A stretch of 64,000 nt of DNA from Trypanosoma brucei (taxonomy: Eukaryota), in the NCBI GenBank assembly GCA_000002445.1, contig CP000069.1, positions 1,088,001 to 1,152,000 on the forward strand, written 5' to 3'. The notes under the pieces are model-generated. The model made no database searches. It was given only the letters and a program-made list of their open reading frames with translations, and was not told the origin of the DNA. Every line of letters begins with the position of its first letter. Position 1 is the stretch's first letter. Shown here in pieces: positions 27,425 through 38,345 of the stretch. Position numbers and translations under genes: made by a program.

Positions 27425-29562
27425 TCAGTAATGCATCCACCAACATTTCACTTACTCCTTCTTTTCACCAGATGCCTGCTGCTGTTGTTGCTCACCCTGA
27501 CCTTCTGTGCTGCTGCTACCAGAGCTACCGCTGTTCGCTGCTGCCGCCTGTTGGTACTCCGTGCGACCACATTCCATCACTGCCTTTTGCAGTTTGTCAG
27601 TAGAAGCCGACAGTTCATCCTTCGTCACATTTGGATTCTCCATCACCTTGCGAAGTTCAGCCAAAAGGGTACGCACATTCTCCTTCTCAGCGTCCGTCAC
27701 GTACTTCCATTCCGTCAGTTGTCGCTCAGCAGTGTTAGCCTGAGTCTCAGCATTGTTACGCACTTCCACAAGCTCCCGCTTCACACGGTCAGCTTCAGCG
27801 TGCATCTCAGAGTCGCGGATCATGTTCTCGATCTGCTCCTTCGTCAACCCACCATGAGCAGTAATGGTGATGTTCTGTGTTTTCCCAGTTGCCTTGTCCT
27901 TCGCAGTTACGTGGCAAATACCATTAGCATCAATGTCAAATGTCACCTCAATTTGTGGTACACCGCGTGGTGCAGGAGGAATTCCAACGAGGTCAAACTG
28001 ACCCATCATTTGGTTGTCAGATGCCATTTCTCGTTCCCCTTGGAACACTTTGATTCCGACCTGTGTTTGGTTGTCCGCAGCAGTTGAGAAGGTTTGACTC
28101 TTCTTCGTCGGGATTGTTGTGTTCTTGGGAATCATACGTGTGAAGACACCACCAAGTGTTTCGATTCCAAGTGATAGTGGTGTAACGTCAAGCAATACAA
28201 GACCCTTCACATCACCACGGAGAACACCACCAAGTGTTGCAGCACCCAGTGCAACGGCCTCGTCAGGGTTCACACCACGGAACGGTTCGCGACCGAAGAA
28301 CTGCTTCACAGCCTCCACAACCTTTGGCATACGCGTCATACCACCAACAAGCACAACCTCAGAGATTTCCTTCAGGTCAACAGCAGCGTCCTTGATGCAT
28401 TGCTTGCACGGTCCAAGTGAACGTTGTACGAGCTTATCAGCAAGGGACTCAAACTTGCTGCGGCTCACCATCATCTGCACGTGCTGCGCTCCGTCCTGGT
28501 TAGCTGTGATAAACGGAAGGTTTACCTCCGTCTCCATCGTCGTCGAAAGTTCACACTTCGCCTTTTCTGCAGCCTCACGAATACGCTGCAGTGCCATCCG
28601 CTCCTTGCTCAAGTCAATTCCAGATGTCTTGCGGAATTCCTCCAGAATGTGATCAGAGAGGCAGAGATCAAAGTCTTCTCCACCAAGGTGAGTGTCGCCA
28701 TTCGTTGCCTTTACCTCAAAAACACCTCCGGCAATTTCAAGTACGGAGATATCAAATGTTCCACCACCAAGATCATACACGGCAATTAAGCTGTCCTTCG
28801 TTTTGTCCAAGCCATATGCCAGTGCAGCAGCAGTCGGTTCATTCACAACACGGATCACATTCAGTCCAGCAATCGTACCGGCATCCTTCGTTGCCTGACG
28901 TTGCGCGTCATTGAAGTACGCGGGGCACGTCACCACAGCGTTAGATACTTTGCGTCCCAGGAAGTTTTCTGCCGTTTCCTTCATCTTCTCAAGTACGAAT
29001 GCACCAACTTGTGAAGGTGAGTATTGCTTCCCATTCCCATCTTGCACCCACGCATCACCATTATTGCTCCGAATAATCTTGTAGGGCACATTCTTGATGT
29101 CGTGTTGGATGTGCTCATCATCGAAGCGACGACCAATCAGCCGTTTCACCGCGAAGAATGTCGACTGTGGGTTCGTAATCGCCTGACGTTTCGCTGCAAG
29201 GCCAACAAGTTTTTCCTGTCCTTTGAACGCAACCACAGACGGTGTCGTCCTGAAACCCTCTGTATTCTCAAGTACGCGTGGCCGGTCACCTTCCATTACT
29301 GCAACACAACTGTATGTCGTACCCAAATCAATACCAATCACGTCACCAGTTACCTTCGATGACTGCCACCGCGCAAACGGGGCAGACGCCAGGCACATGG
29401 GTGCGCATACACGGCGGGCCAACATTTTATTACTTCACAAACTACTTCTTACCTTAGAAATACTTTACCACTTACCAACTTGTCTATTAAACCGATAAGA
29501 AGAAGCATTGAGTGGGAGAATGTTTTTTTTTTTAAACAGCTTTAGAACTTTGTTCAATAGTT
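27425..29562 (-). repeat. mtHSP70 repeat unit, copy 2 (CDS plus about 135 bp extended 5' flank shared with copy 3; 3' homology to copy 1 limited to about 27 bp)
   Basis: Its 5' flank, through ...gggagaatgtttttttttttaaacagctttagaactttgttcaatagtt, matches 40382-40518 apart from one g/a SNP (ccaacttgtc versus ccaacttatc). Its 3' flank diverges from copies 1 and 3 upstream of tcagtaatgcatcc. Confidence 0.85.
27452..29425 (-). CDS. Mitochondrial-type HSP70 (DnaK-like), copy 2 of 3
   Basis: A 657-aa protein identical to copy 1. Its nucleotide sequence differs from copy 1 at 3 positions (27629 A versus G; 27914 G versus A; 29414 G versus A), all synonymous. Confidence 0.95.
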   Translation of the reverse strand: MLARRVCAPMCLASAPFARWQSSKVTGDVIGIDLGTTYSCVAVMEGDRPRVLENTEGFRTTPSVVAFKGQEKLVGLAAKRQAITNPQSTFFAVKRLIGRRFDDEHIQHDIKNVPYKIIRSNNGDAWVQDGNGKQYSPSQVGAFVLEKMKETAENFLGRKVSNAVVTCPAYFNDAQRQATKDAGTIAGLNVIRVVNEPTAAALAYGLDKTKDSLIAVYDLGGGTFDISVLEIAGGVFEVKATNGDTHLGGEDFDLCLSDHILEEFRKTSGIDLSKERMALQRIREAAEKAKCELSTTMETEVNLPFITANQDGAQHVQMMVSRSKFESLADKLVQRSLGPCKQCIKDAAVDLKEISEVVLVGGMTRMPKVVEAVKQFFGREPFRGVNPDEAVALGAATLGGVLRGDVKGLVLLDVTPLSLGIETLGGVFTRMIPKNTTIPTKKSQTFSTAADNQTQVGIKVFQGEREMASDNQMMGQFDLVGIPPAPRGVPQIEVTFDIDANGICHVTAKDKATGKTQNITITAHGGLTKEQIENMIRDSEMHAEADRVKRELVEVRNNAETQANTAERQLTEWKYVTDAEKENVRTLLAELRKVMENPNVTKDELSASTDKLQKAVMECGRTEYQQAAAANSGSSGSSSTEGQGEQQQQQASGEKKE

Positions 29563-30855
29563 TTTGCTTATTGCTTTGGTTTTAGAGTCTTCGTATCTAT
29601 GTTATTTAACTGTGTACGTCGCTTGTTTTTAATATCGTACGTTGACGCTCTCTGTCGACAGGTTGACACGATAATAAAATATTATATTGTTGAAGTGGAA
29701 GGAAAGCTTCTTCGCAACATTTCATTTCTATCTTATGTTATTACAGTTACCAGTGTGCTTTGGCTGTTGAAAGAAATGCATTATCCTTTTTTTAAAAAAA
29801 GGGTGGTGTCTTTACAACATTCTCATCAGTTTTGCGAGGGAAGCGGCGACACACATGTCTTTTTCACAACGGCGGATGTCCCGTTGTTCCTTTTCCATAC
29901 CTTGGGCTGGATAAAGAATAATTTAAACAGATTTCATAATTTGCTGATAGGTCCCCCTTGTCATAAGGGTTGTGTGTTATCCAGGCAGCTATCGTGAGGT
30001 AACTGTAGCAATTAAGGCGGCGCGAGCGTGTATTGTAAACATAACGAATACCTCTTTCGCAATATGCCCGCGCATCCCTTAGAAAATTTGCGTGGTTTGC
30101 GAAGGCTGGAGCATCATTATACATTCTTCCTGGCGGCTTCCTTAAATTAATGTCCGTGATATCTCTTTGAGTGTCATTGTGCGACTCACTACAATTAGTA
30201 AGTGAGAGTAGCTGCAGTAAGTCATGAGGGCATCCTTTTTACCATTCCGGTACCTTCCCCTTGCATTGAAGTTTTAGGTTATCCTGTCATCCTGCACACA
30301 AACGAAACCCCCAAACCAAACGCCTTCGCCGTAGCCGTCGCATCTGCGTAGGAATATATTTACCCGCATTACTACGAAAACGATAAGAAGAAAATGGGAT
30401 ATGAACACGACACACAGGAAGAGAACCACTGATATTTCGTAGACGGTGTTACACGAATAACCAGTTGTATTCAGTGGCATAATTCGGAGACTTGCCACGA
30501 AGCACATGAAGAGGCCATTGACCAAATGTACAGAGTCTATTGGCATGTCGTAAACTTGCATGAGAATAAGAGAATGCTTTCTAATTAACGTGAAAATGTG
30601 AAAACGCTGGACTTACTGGACCCGCGCTGCACACTCGTGAAAAGTCACACAACTCTACTCGGCACGCGTATCTTGTTTTCTTAATTATTCTACGGCTCGC
30701 CAAGAATTCAGATAACGAGCGCAGTTTCTACCATTGATGCCGTCGTTTCGTGGAAAAGGCAGAAACAAGTCGATGCTCTCGTCGCAAAACAATACAAAAT
30801 AAACCCACAATCGCCTGCGACAGATTCACAAGAACGCACCACAGAGAACAAAACC

Positions 30856-31872
30856 TCAAATAGGAATGGCTAGTATGTGTGAAACACCGTATTTAGTCGA
30901 GGAGAGAGCAGCCCATAAATCACTCTGTTGCAACATAACGGCAGGCAGAGACCATGATTCGGTATCAGGGACCGTTACGGATGAGAGCTTCTCCGCTCCG
31001 CTTGAGGGTGGCCCAGACTCATTCGTAAGTAACGAATGCAAATCCCAGTACCTCGTGGGTTTGGGGTCCTCCTTCAAATCGAGACACGTCAGCTTCGCAG
31101 AGGTGTCTCCTGCCGCTATGTAGCCATTCCGCATCGCCACAGACCTGATAGGGGCCCGCTCTTTACCGGTTGAAAATGCTTCTTCCCTAACATTCCCCTC
31201 TAAGCACCTCAATACAAACACTCGACCACTAACAGTGCCGGTTGCCACCGCGCCAGTATCCGGGGAGGAGGTAATACTGATAATCTGGTCAGGAACGGCT
31301 AGAATCACCACGGGTTCGTGTCCACGTCTCACGTCATACAACATGGCTTTACCATCGTAAGCGGCAACAACAAGTGTGTTCTGAGTGAGTGCGGTACCAC
31401 CGACGACGCAGGGCTTTGGAATGTGGAGGTTGATTCGCGCGGTCGATGTCTCCAAGTCAATTATCTGTGCATCAGTGGGAGAGCAGGCCAGAAGAAGTGA
31501 AGGTTCATTCGGTACCTCCTTGAGTGAGAGCACAGCAGCTTTGTTCTGAAATGAATAGTGTTGCACCACATTCTTCGAGTGACGGGAGACAAGTACAATA
31601 TCGCCACTTGACGATCCAGTAGCAAAGCACGAATCATAAGAAACGAAACTCGAGGAAATGACGGCACCCTCACCAAAATTACCATGAGGAAAAGTTTCTA
31701 CATGCGTAACTGCTTGTCTTGCTCCGCATTGGGCGTGTTGTAAGTCTCCCATGTGAAATATGTGAGCCCCATTCATCATTGTGCTTGCAAGGCAGGCGTC
31801 CTCATTGCTTGCTTGCGTTAGGCACGATATACAGCCTTGCACCTCAAAGCAGGACGATCTCTCTAGCTTCAT
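30856..31872 (-). CDS. Hypothetical protein, possibly a beta-propeller (WD-repeat-like)
   Basis: A 338-aa ORF. Weakly repeated motifs of the kind seen in WD-like blades (GDIVLVSRHSKNVVQHYSF; TLVVAAYDGKAMLYDVRRG; VATGTVSGRVFVLRC; YIAAGDTSAKLTCLDL) recur at roughly 40-50 aa intervals. There is no canonical GH...WD, so the call is tentative. Confidence 0.45.
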   Translation of the reverse strand: MKLERSSCFEVQGCISCLTQASNEDACLASTMMNGAHIFHMGDLQHAQCGARQAVTHVETFPHGNFGEGAVISSSFVSYDSCFATGSSSGDIVLVSRHSKNVVQHYSFQNKAAVLSLKEVPNEPSLLLACSPTDAQIIDLETSTARINLHIPKPCVVGGTALTQNTLVVAAYDGKAMLYDVRRGHEPVVILAVPDQIISITSSPDTGAVATGTVSGRVFVLRCLEGNVREEAFSTGKERAPIRSVAMRNGYIAAGDTSAKLTCLDLKEDPKPTRYWDLHSLLTNESGPPSSGAEKLSSVTVPDTESWSLPAVMLQQSDLWAALSSTKYGVSHILAIPI

Positions 31873-32230
31873 TGTTTCCGGTTGCGGCTACCGGTTACTG
31901 CTTACAGCCAAACAGCAATACCTAGTAGTAGAAAGAATATCACAGCTATGCCGCTTTCGTGATGGGCCAAGAAAACTGGAGGGGAGAAATAGAAAATACG
32001 CAGTGGGAAGGAATTGAGATAAGCAACAGAACATATCGGTAACGCGCAACCTCCGCAACACTGAGGAAAGAAACGGAAAACGCACTCGCACACACGCACG
32101 AACATGATACTCTCACATAGTCCTCATTCGGCTCGGACATTCAACACAACCGCAGGCATACTATTCTTAAGCCAGGAGCCTCTTCACACCACCCCAATGG
32201 AGAGTTTCCAGCAACATACTTCGCTACTTA

Positions 32231-32917
32231 TTAACAGTGTTCTTTGTCTAATGGGGCCCTGCCACACGAACGCTTTTTGAAAAACTTGAATGGGTAAAAG
32301 ACAATCCCGATAATCGAACCTATTGCAACGGCTGCAGGAAGGTGAATGGGGGAGTAAGCGAGTGCACATTTGGTGTTGAGTCGCACAAACTCGCGGATCC
32401 GTTCTCCCCATGTACGCTCGTTGAACAGCGCCCACATGCCTGGATAGAAAAGATGGGAAGCTAAAAGACACGACAACCCCGGGACCTGCGCACTGATAGG
32501 TCCGAGCCAAGGCATAAAACCATGCATCGCCTTCTCATTTATTACACCAGGCTCAATAATGTAGTAGTAGGAGAGCCAACTGGCAATAAAGTTTACGTAA
32601 AAGAAATCGCTCATCATGCGCGGGATCAGTGTCTTCTTCGTGTCCTGTGTCTGCGACAGCTTCAGCAATGGAGAAGAGGGGGCGGAAACACAAAATGGAA
32701 CCGCAAAGACCGTTGCACAAATGGTTGTGCGTATGATGCGTTTAAATGTCAAATAGCCAGCAACCTCCTGGCGTTGTGCCGGCTCATCGTATTTCGTCTC
32801 TTTTCCTCTCGGAAGCCTAATGTACGGAATATCGCCTTCAGTCTTAACTATGAGCATCGTCACGTTGCGGTTTCGACAGACGGCATTCACCCTTTGATGC
32901 CATGGAAAGAAAAGCAA
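32231..32917 (-). CDS. Hypothetical small multi-pass membrane protein
   Basis: An ORF of 228 aa, or 208 aa from the internal MLIVKTEGD. Hydrophobic segments are TTICATVFAVPFCV, FFYVNFIASWLSYYYII and LPAAVAIGSIIGIVFYPF. No family was assigned. Confidence 0.4.
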   Translation of the reverse strand: MLFFPWHQRVNAVCRNRNVTMLIVKTEGDIPYIRLPRGKETKYDEPAQRQEVAGYLTFKRIIRTTICATVFAVPFCVSAPSSPLLKLSQTQDTKKTLIPRMMSDFFYVNFIASWLSYYYIIEPGVINEKAMHGFMPWLGPISAQVPGLSCLLASHLFYPGMWALFNERTWGERIREFVRLNTKCALAYSPIHLPAAVAIGSIIGIVFYPFKFFKKRSCGRAPLDKEHC

Positions 32918-33337
32918 ACAAGCAAAAAAAAAGGTGGAATGTACTCAGAGATGGAGAGAAACATGAAGAGGAGCGGAACAGAAATGGGGTCGATAATATC
33001 AAAGAGAGTAAAGGGAAGAAAGAAGAGAGGCAACTGACTAACAGGTGAGAGGAAAATTGTCGCACCGTCTTTTCATTAACAACGGAGACAGCAAACGCAC
33101 AGACAAACCGTCAGCCCTTTCTTTCACACCGACACACACACACAAATATATGTATATATATGTATATATCATTTTCTGCATTTCATCGTACCATAATAAA
33201 GTAGCAAATGTTTACAAAATATAAATTACAGCAATAAATAACTAGCGATTAAAGAACAAATACACCTACTCATGACGACTGCACAGTGACATTCACACGC
33301 GGCTATACAGCAGTAAACCCGAAAACACAAGTTAAGC

Positions 33338-34777
33338 TTAATCCACTTCCTCCATACGCAGCACCTTGCACCAGTGGGTAGCCTGCCCAGCCCGTCGCTG
33401 AATTTTATCAGTGTCAAGAAGTTTGGGGTCTACATCGATTAGCTCACTGGTTTCTTCCGTGCATAACTCAAGTTGACGGACTCTGTAATGGAAAGTTTCA
33501 TCCACAGACTTGGTGAAAAAGAGGGAAACGCACGCGTTCATCAGCACACCTCTACAGTCGCGTAATATCCTCTGCGCCTCCTGAAGAACAGTGAGCGTTC
33601 TGTCAAACGACTCCTTCCGGTCTCGAAGTTGGGCGAGTTCGCGCGCTCGCTCCAAACCTTTTCCCAGTGATTGTTCCTCAAGGACGAGGCTCCTCTTGTG
33701 GTTGGTCCATCTTGTGTAATAACTGAGAAAGATCTTTTCAGCGGTGACTTCTCCCACTGATTCACCCCTCTGACACTGATAATACATGTTGTTATGCTGC
33801 ACCCAGGGACCAAGACAAACCCAACAGTATTCGTGGCGGCACCTTGTGCACGTCATATGATTGCAGCCCTTGTCCTTTTCGATCGGGACATGACAATTTG
33901 GACACTCTTTGGTATTCGACTGAATGTACACTAATGAAGGTTCGTACTCTTTAATCAACTTCCTCCACTTCTCTAGCATCTCACAGGTTGCGGGGGCATG
34001 GGGCTTCCCAGTGCATTTGAAACAGAACTGCAGATCACACCTCGCACAACAAACGTCCGGTCCGGACCGCCGAGGGACAGCGACTCGAACGATTCCTTCA
34101 CACGGCAATTCGTTGGGGCAACAACGCATGCTTGGGTGGTTGCTAAGGTACTCGGTGAGAAACCGTTGCTGGGCACGCTTTAATTCCTGCGGCGGCAGCA
34201 ACAATTCCAAAGCGCTCATTGTTACGAGACTACAGCACCCTTGTTTGGGACACCGTCTCTCCAGTAAGTCCTGAGATTTGTTGACGGCGTACACAAGATT
34301 TCTTCTCAAACATTCCGCGCAGAAAAAGTGATGGCACCTCGCGAGCGCCACTCCGTCACCAACACTAACACTTTCCTCGCATACAGGGCACACAATTGGT
34401 TCAGTATTTTTTACCAATGGCGGACCCTGTCCAACACCATAAGTAATACCTGTGGTTGAGTAGTCTGTTATATTCAGTTGACAGTTGATGCTACTTTGTG
34501 AATTCATGTAGTTCTCAAGCGTGTCGTCATCCAATTTCCAGTTATAGTGTCGAAGAACCAAAAACGCAGCCTCTTCTGGGAGGTCAAGGATTTCACTAGC
34601 CTTCTCCACGTCATCGTGGAGTTCCTTCATAGCATCACGAGCCGAAACCGTAGTAAAGATGGTTAAAATAGTGGACATGCCTTCCGGTTGCCCCGCCATA
34701 CCAAAGTGGGCCACGTCAAACGACTGATCGTCGTGATCACAAACATCATCGATATTGCCACACGAATTAACGTTCAT
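33338..34777 (-). CDS. RBR (RING-between-RING) E3 ubiquitin ligase, Ariadne-like
   Basis: Acidic N-terminus with a UBA-like stretch EEAAFLVLRHYNWKLDD. RING1: CPVCEESVSVGDGVALARCHHFFCAECLRRNL. IBR: RCPKQGCCSLVT...CCPNELPCEGIV...CARCDLQFCFKCTGKPHAPATC. RING2/Rcat, which holds the catalytic Cys: KECPNCHVPIEKDKGCNHMTCTRCRHEYCWVCLGPW. A C-terminal helical Ariadne-like domain follows. Confidence 0.8.
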   Translation of the reverse strand: MNVNSCGNIDDVCDHDDQSFDVAHFGMAGQPEGMSTILTIFTTVSARDAMKELHDDVEKASEILDLPEEAAFLVLRHYNWKLDDDTLENYMNSQSSINCQLNITDYSTTGITYGVGQGPPLVKNTEPIVCPVCEESVSVGDGVALARCHHFFCAECLRRNLVYAVNKSQDLLERRCPKQGCCSLVTMSALELLLPPQELKRAQQRFLTEYLSNHPSMRCCPNELPCEGIVRVAVPRRSGPDVCCARCDLQFCFKCTGKPHAPATCEMLEKWRKLIKEYEPSLVYIQSNTKECPNCHVPIEKDKGCNHMTCTRCRHEYCWVCLGPWVQHNNMYYQCQRGESVGEVTAEKIFLSYYTRWTNHKRSLVLEEQSLGKGLERARELAQLRDRKESFDRTLTVLQEAQRILRDCRGVLMNACVSLFFTKSVDETFHYRVRQLELCTEETSELIDVDPKLLDTDKIQRRAGQATHWCKVLRMEEVD

Positions 34778-35076
34778 AAATTTTTTAAAAAATTAAACAC
34801 TGGGTGACCGAGTACTCTTACCCTCCACACACTAATTTTGCTCTTACGAAGTCCTAAGGGGTGTAAAAGAGTTACAAAATGGATTTTCTACATGTTAAAA
34901 CTAAAAGTAGGAACACATAACAACCTCATTAAATGCCCTCATACTGGTAAGCAAGGGTAAATGCAAATAGACCCCAACATGCAGATGAATAATACAAAGA
35001 TAGCGACGCGTTCTCTTAAACGTATTCGTTAAAGAGGTGGTGGAGGGGGCTGTTAATATAAGATAACAAAAACTGC

Positions 35077-37464
35077 TTACTTCATCGACACACTTTGCCC
35101 AAGTGCCCATCGTTTATACCATTCCACGTCCATGGGGCTGACGCGGGGCCTCACCTTCTGCAACGCGGCATCAACGTTTTCGGTAGAAATGTACGGACTC
35201 TTTACCCCAGCCGTCACACACTGAAAGGCTGCTTCCTTGATAACTGCAACAACCTCGGCGCCAGTGTAACCCTCCGTCCGAGCAGCCACATAATCCGCAT
35301 CGAGTTCCGGCGATAAAGGTATATTTCGAAATTGAATGCTGGCAATCATCTTCCGCTCATTGATGTCCGGCAGCCCAACATAAACCTTTCGGTCTATGCG
35401 ACCAGGACGTAGAACCGCCGGGTCTATGTTATCAGGGCGATTTGTGGCGGCGACAAACACCAATGCATCTGTACCCTCGTTGAGAGCAGCAGGAAGACCG
35501 TCTAGTTCGGTTAAAAATTGAGAAATAACACGATCTGCCACACCACCACGACCACGATGTCCGCACATACCATCAAGCTCATCGATGAAGACAACACATG
35601 GTGCGGCGGCACGAGCACGCGCAAAAATGTCACGAACTGCCTTCTCGCTGTCACCGACCCACTTTGAGAATACCTCAGGCCCTTTAACCGAAACGAAATT
35701 CATTTTAGACTCATTGGCGAGCGCCTTCGCCAACATTGTTTTGCTGCACCCCGGGGGACCGTACAAGAGGACTCCTTTCGGTGGTGAAAGATTGAACTTA
35801 CGAAACACCCACTGCTGCTTTCCGAGGCACCATGCCACACAGTCCTGCAGCGTCTTTTTGGCCACTTCGCTACCCCCAATATCACTCCATTTTACGGACG
35901 GAATAGAAACCTGAAACTGTCTAAGAGCAGATGGAGGCACAATCTTTATCGCCTCTGTTATAGAGGAATCGGTTATTTCAGTCTTCCCAGTTTCCTTAAA
36001 TGCTTCAATGGATGCCACGTCAAGTAATCGAACGAGGTCCCGCTGAGTGAAGCCATTCGTCGACTCAGCCGCTAGAGAAACAAAACTTGCCGTAACTTTC
36101 GCTTGCCCCCCAAATGTTTTCAGACGGTTTTGAAGGAACTCGCGACGCTCCTCTGCGGACCCAGGTGCCAGTAATTTTACCTGCTCACCAAAACGGTCGT
36201 ATGTTAGTAGTGACCGTGGTAAAGACTCCACAGAAGCAGCAGAACCCACAACGCGTACATCCAACTGACGAATCCGAATGTCATCTAGTTCACTAGCCAG
36301 AGTGGACGCTAACAGTCCCTTTGCCCACCCAGATTCAACAACTCCATTGTCTCCAGTGGCACAGACAAGATGAAGGTCATCAATGATTACCGTGGACGGG
36401 GCGCCAGCTTTCGCGCGAACAAATACTTCTCGAAGAACGGTCGAAGAGGAGATATCACACATGTTTCCCTGAGACAACACCTCAACACTCACCGTTTCCA
36501 CCTGCCGTGAGTGAAGAGTTGCAGCCTCATGCGCCTCCCTCCTCAAAAAGTAACTCTTACCGGTGCCTGTATCCCCCAACACGAGTAAGTGAGATTGCTT
36601 TTTTTCCACCCCAACCGGCACAGGTTCGCCATCAAACAACTCAGTTTCACAGACTGTACCGCGCCCAATATACCTAATCTTCGACCCATCGATAAGAATC
36701 CCCAAATCGATTTGTCGGACATCCGTATCGCCCTCAACGCATCCCTCAGCTACGGATTTACAACAACATTCCAACACATCAACGTAATATGGAACCGTGC
36801 CAACATGCAAGGCAGCTCGCATCCCGCGGAACACCAGCCGCCGTTGATACCGCCGGCGAAATGCAGAACACACTTGAAGGAATGGAATGTCGGTGGAGCT
36901 TGTCAACCCATCTGCACCAACAGCGATTCGTGCTTCCTTTGTTATTTCCAAAACCAGAGACGAGAGCGGTATTAGAGGACAGATGTCCTTAGCAACAGAT
37001 ACAGTCACCTGTTTCCCACTGAATGCAGCAGCCACTTCATCAGCAAGCATAATGGTCTGTGAAGCACATGAAGAGGAACAAAATGCCTCTACGAATGCCC
37101 GAACAGATCCATCACCTTCCACACACAACACCGCTCCACTAATGATTCCTAACTCCTTTAAAGAGTGAGGCGAAAGCCGTGCCTCATTGGAGGGCAAACA
37201 ACTATCTGAACGGACATTCAGGGAAACTGCCACGAAGCTTTTACTTCCTTCACTGCCACAATTAACGTCGGCAACCTTCGCCCCGGACAACACTGAGGTA
37301 GTGGATTTCATGTCATTGTGTCGCATATGTTCACCGCGTTGATTAGGGATTTTTAAGCGCGCATCTCCACCAGCACCGCCACCGGAACCATCATGATGGT
37401 TATTTTCATTGTTGCTACCACGCCGCCCTTCACGGTGGTTCGGCCGCCTTGCTTTGGCGCCCAT
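35077..37464 (-). CDS. Type II AAA+ ATPase with degenerate D1 and canonical D2 (CDC48/NVL/AFG2/PEX1-6 family)
   Basis: The D1 P-loop is degenerate (LLVLGDTGTGKSYFLRREAH). D2 is canonical: Walker A GVLLYGPPGCSKTMLAKALANE, Walker B CVVFIDELDG, SKWVGDSEKAVRDIFARAR, and second region of homology/Arg-finger ATNRPDNIDPAVLRPGRIDR. A basic Gly-rich N-terminus (MGAKARRPNHREGRRGSNNENNHHDGSGGGAGGD) precedes D1. Confidence 0.85.
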   Translation of the reverse strand: MGAKARRPNHREGRRGSNNENNHHDGSGGGAGGDARLKIPNQRGEHMRHNDMKSTTSVLSGAKVADVNCGSEGSKSFVAVSLNVRSDSCLPSNEARLSPHSLKELGIISGAVLCVEGDGSVRAFVEAFCSSSCASQTIMLADEVAAAFSGKQVTVSVAKDICPLIPLSSLVLEITKEARIAVGADGLTSSTDIPFLQVCSAFRRRYQRRLVFRGMRAALHVGTVPYYVDVLECCCKSVAEGCVEGDTDVRQIDLGILIDGSKIRYIGRGTVCETELFDGEPVPVGVEKKQSHLLVLGDTGTGKSYFLRREAHEAATLHSRQVETVSVEVLSQGNMCDISSSTVLREVFVRAKAGAPSTVIIDDLHLVCATGDNGVVESGWAKGLLASTLASELDDIRIRQLDVRVVGSAASVESLPRSLLTYDRFGEQVKLLAPGSAEERREFLQNRLKTFGGQAKVTASFVSLAAESTNGFTQRDLVRLLDVASIEAFKETGKTEITDSSITEAIKIVPPSALRQFQVSIPSVKWSDIGGSEVAKKTLQDCVAWCLGKQQWVFRKFNLSPPKGVLLYGPPGCSKTMLAKALANESKMNFVSVKGPEVFSKWVGDSEKAVRDIFARARAAAPCVVFIDELDGMCGHRGRGGVADRVISQFLTELDGLPAALNEGTDALVFVAATNRPDNIDPAVLRPGRIDRKVYVGLPDINERKMIASIQFRNIPLSPELDADYVAARTEGYTGAEVVAVIKEAAFQCVTAGVKSPYISTENVDAALQKVRPRVSPMDVEWYKRWALGQSVSMK

Positions 37465-38345
37465 GTCGCTGTTATGCGTGACTTAACCCTTGCACGCAAC
37501 TAATGGTACGTACTGGGTTTAACACGCTCTACACCACAAAGGCGATTACACACAGGCACCAAAAAAAAAGGTACAAACAACGAAAAAAAACATATATGGA
37601 GAAAATTTGAGATGAAAAACACAGAAATATATAACAATACCTGTCTAAAGCAACGCATAAGAACATGGCAAAGGCGAAAGTAAACAACCACATCCCAATT
37701 TATCAAAGAAAAAAAATTATACTTTAGTTCTTTATTTACGACCGGTGGTTTCTCTTCTCTTCAATTTTTATAATGTCAAAAACATGAGTGACAATAATAT
37801 TTAAAATAATGGTAATAATATGAACGACAGTAATAATAGGACGTTGAGAACAATCTCAGCTTCCTTTCCCTCCCTAGACAATCTCACATGCTCACAAAAA
37901 TCATGAACACCAAACAAAATCCAATCACACATTCTGCGTGTCTCTTTTCTATTTTATCGGCTGAAACACCGAACAAAATCAAAAAAATAATAATAATAAT
38001 CAACCTCTTTCCTTCTTTTTAACCGCCACCTCTGGACAAAAAAATTATTATCTCAAAAACTTTCAACAAACATAGCTTTAACACAAAGCTACCAAACATC
38101 ATACCAAACAACAACACAACCACGAATATACTGGGAAAAATTAAACCCTCAACACAGCACATAAAAAAAATTCAAAAACAAAAAACACACCAAATAATAC
38201 CGAACATCGAAAGGAGAAAAAACATTTGTTCTTACCAACAAGAAAAGAATAAAATAAAACACAAAAATCAGCATGTGTTTTTAAAAACAAAAAAATAAAA
38301 ATAAAAAAAGAACAAAATCAAAAGTAAAAAATATATAGAATCCTG

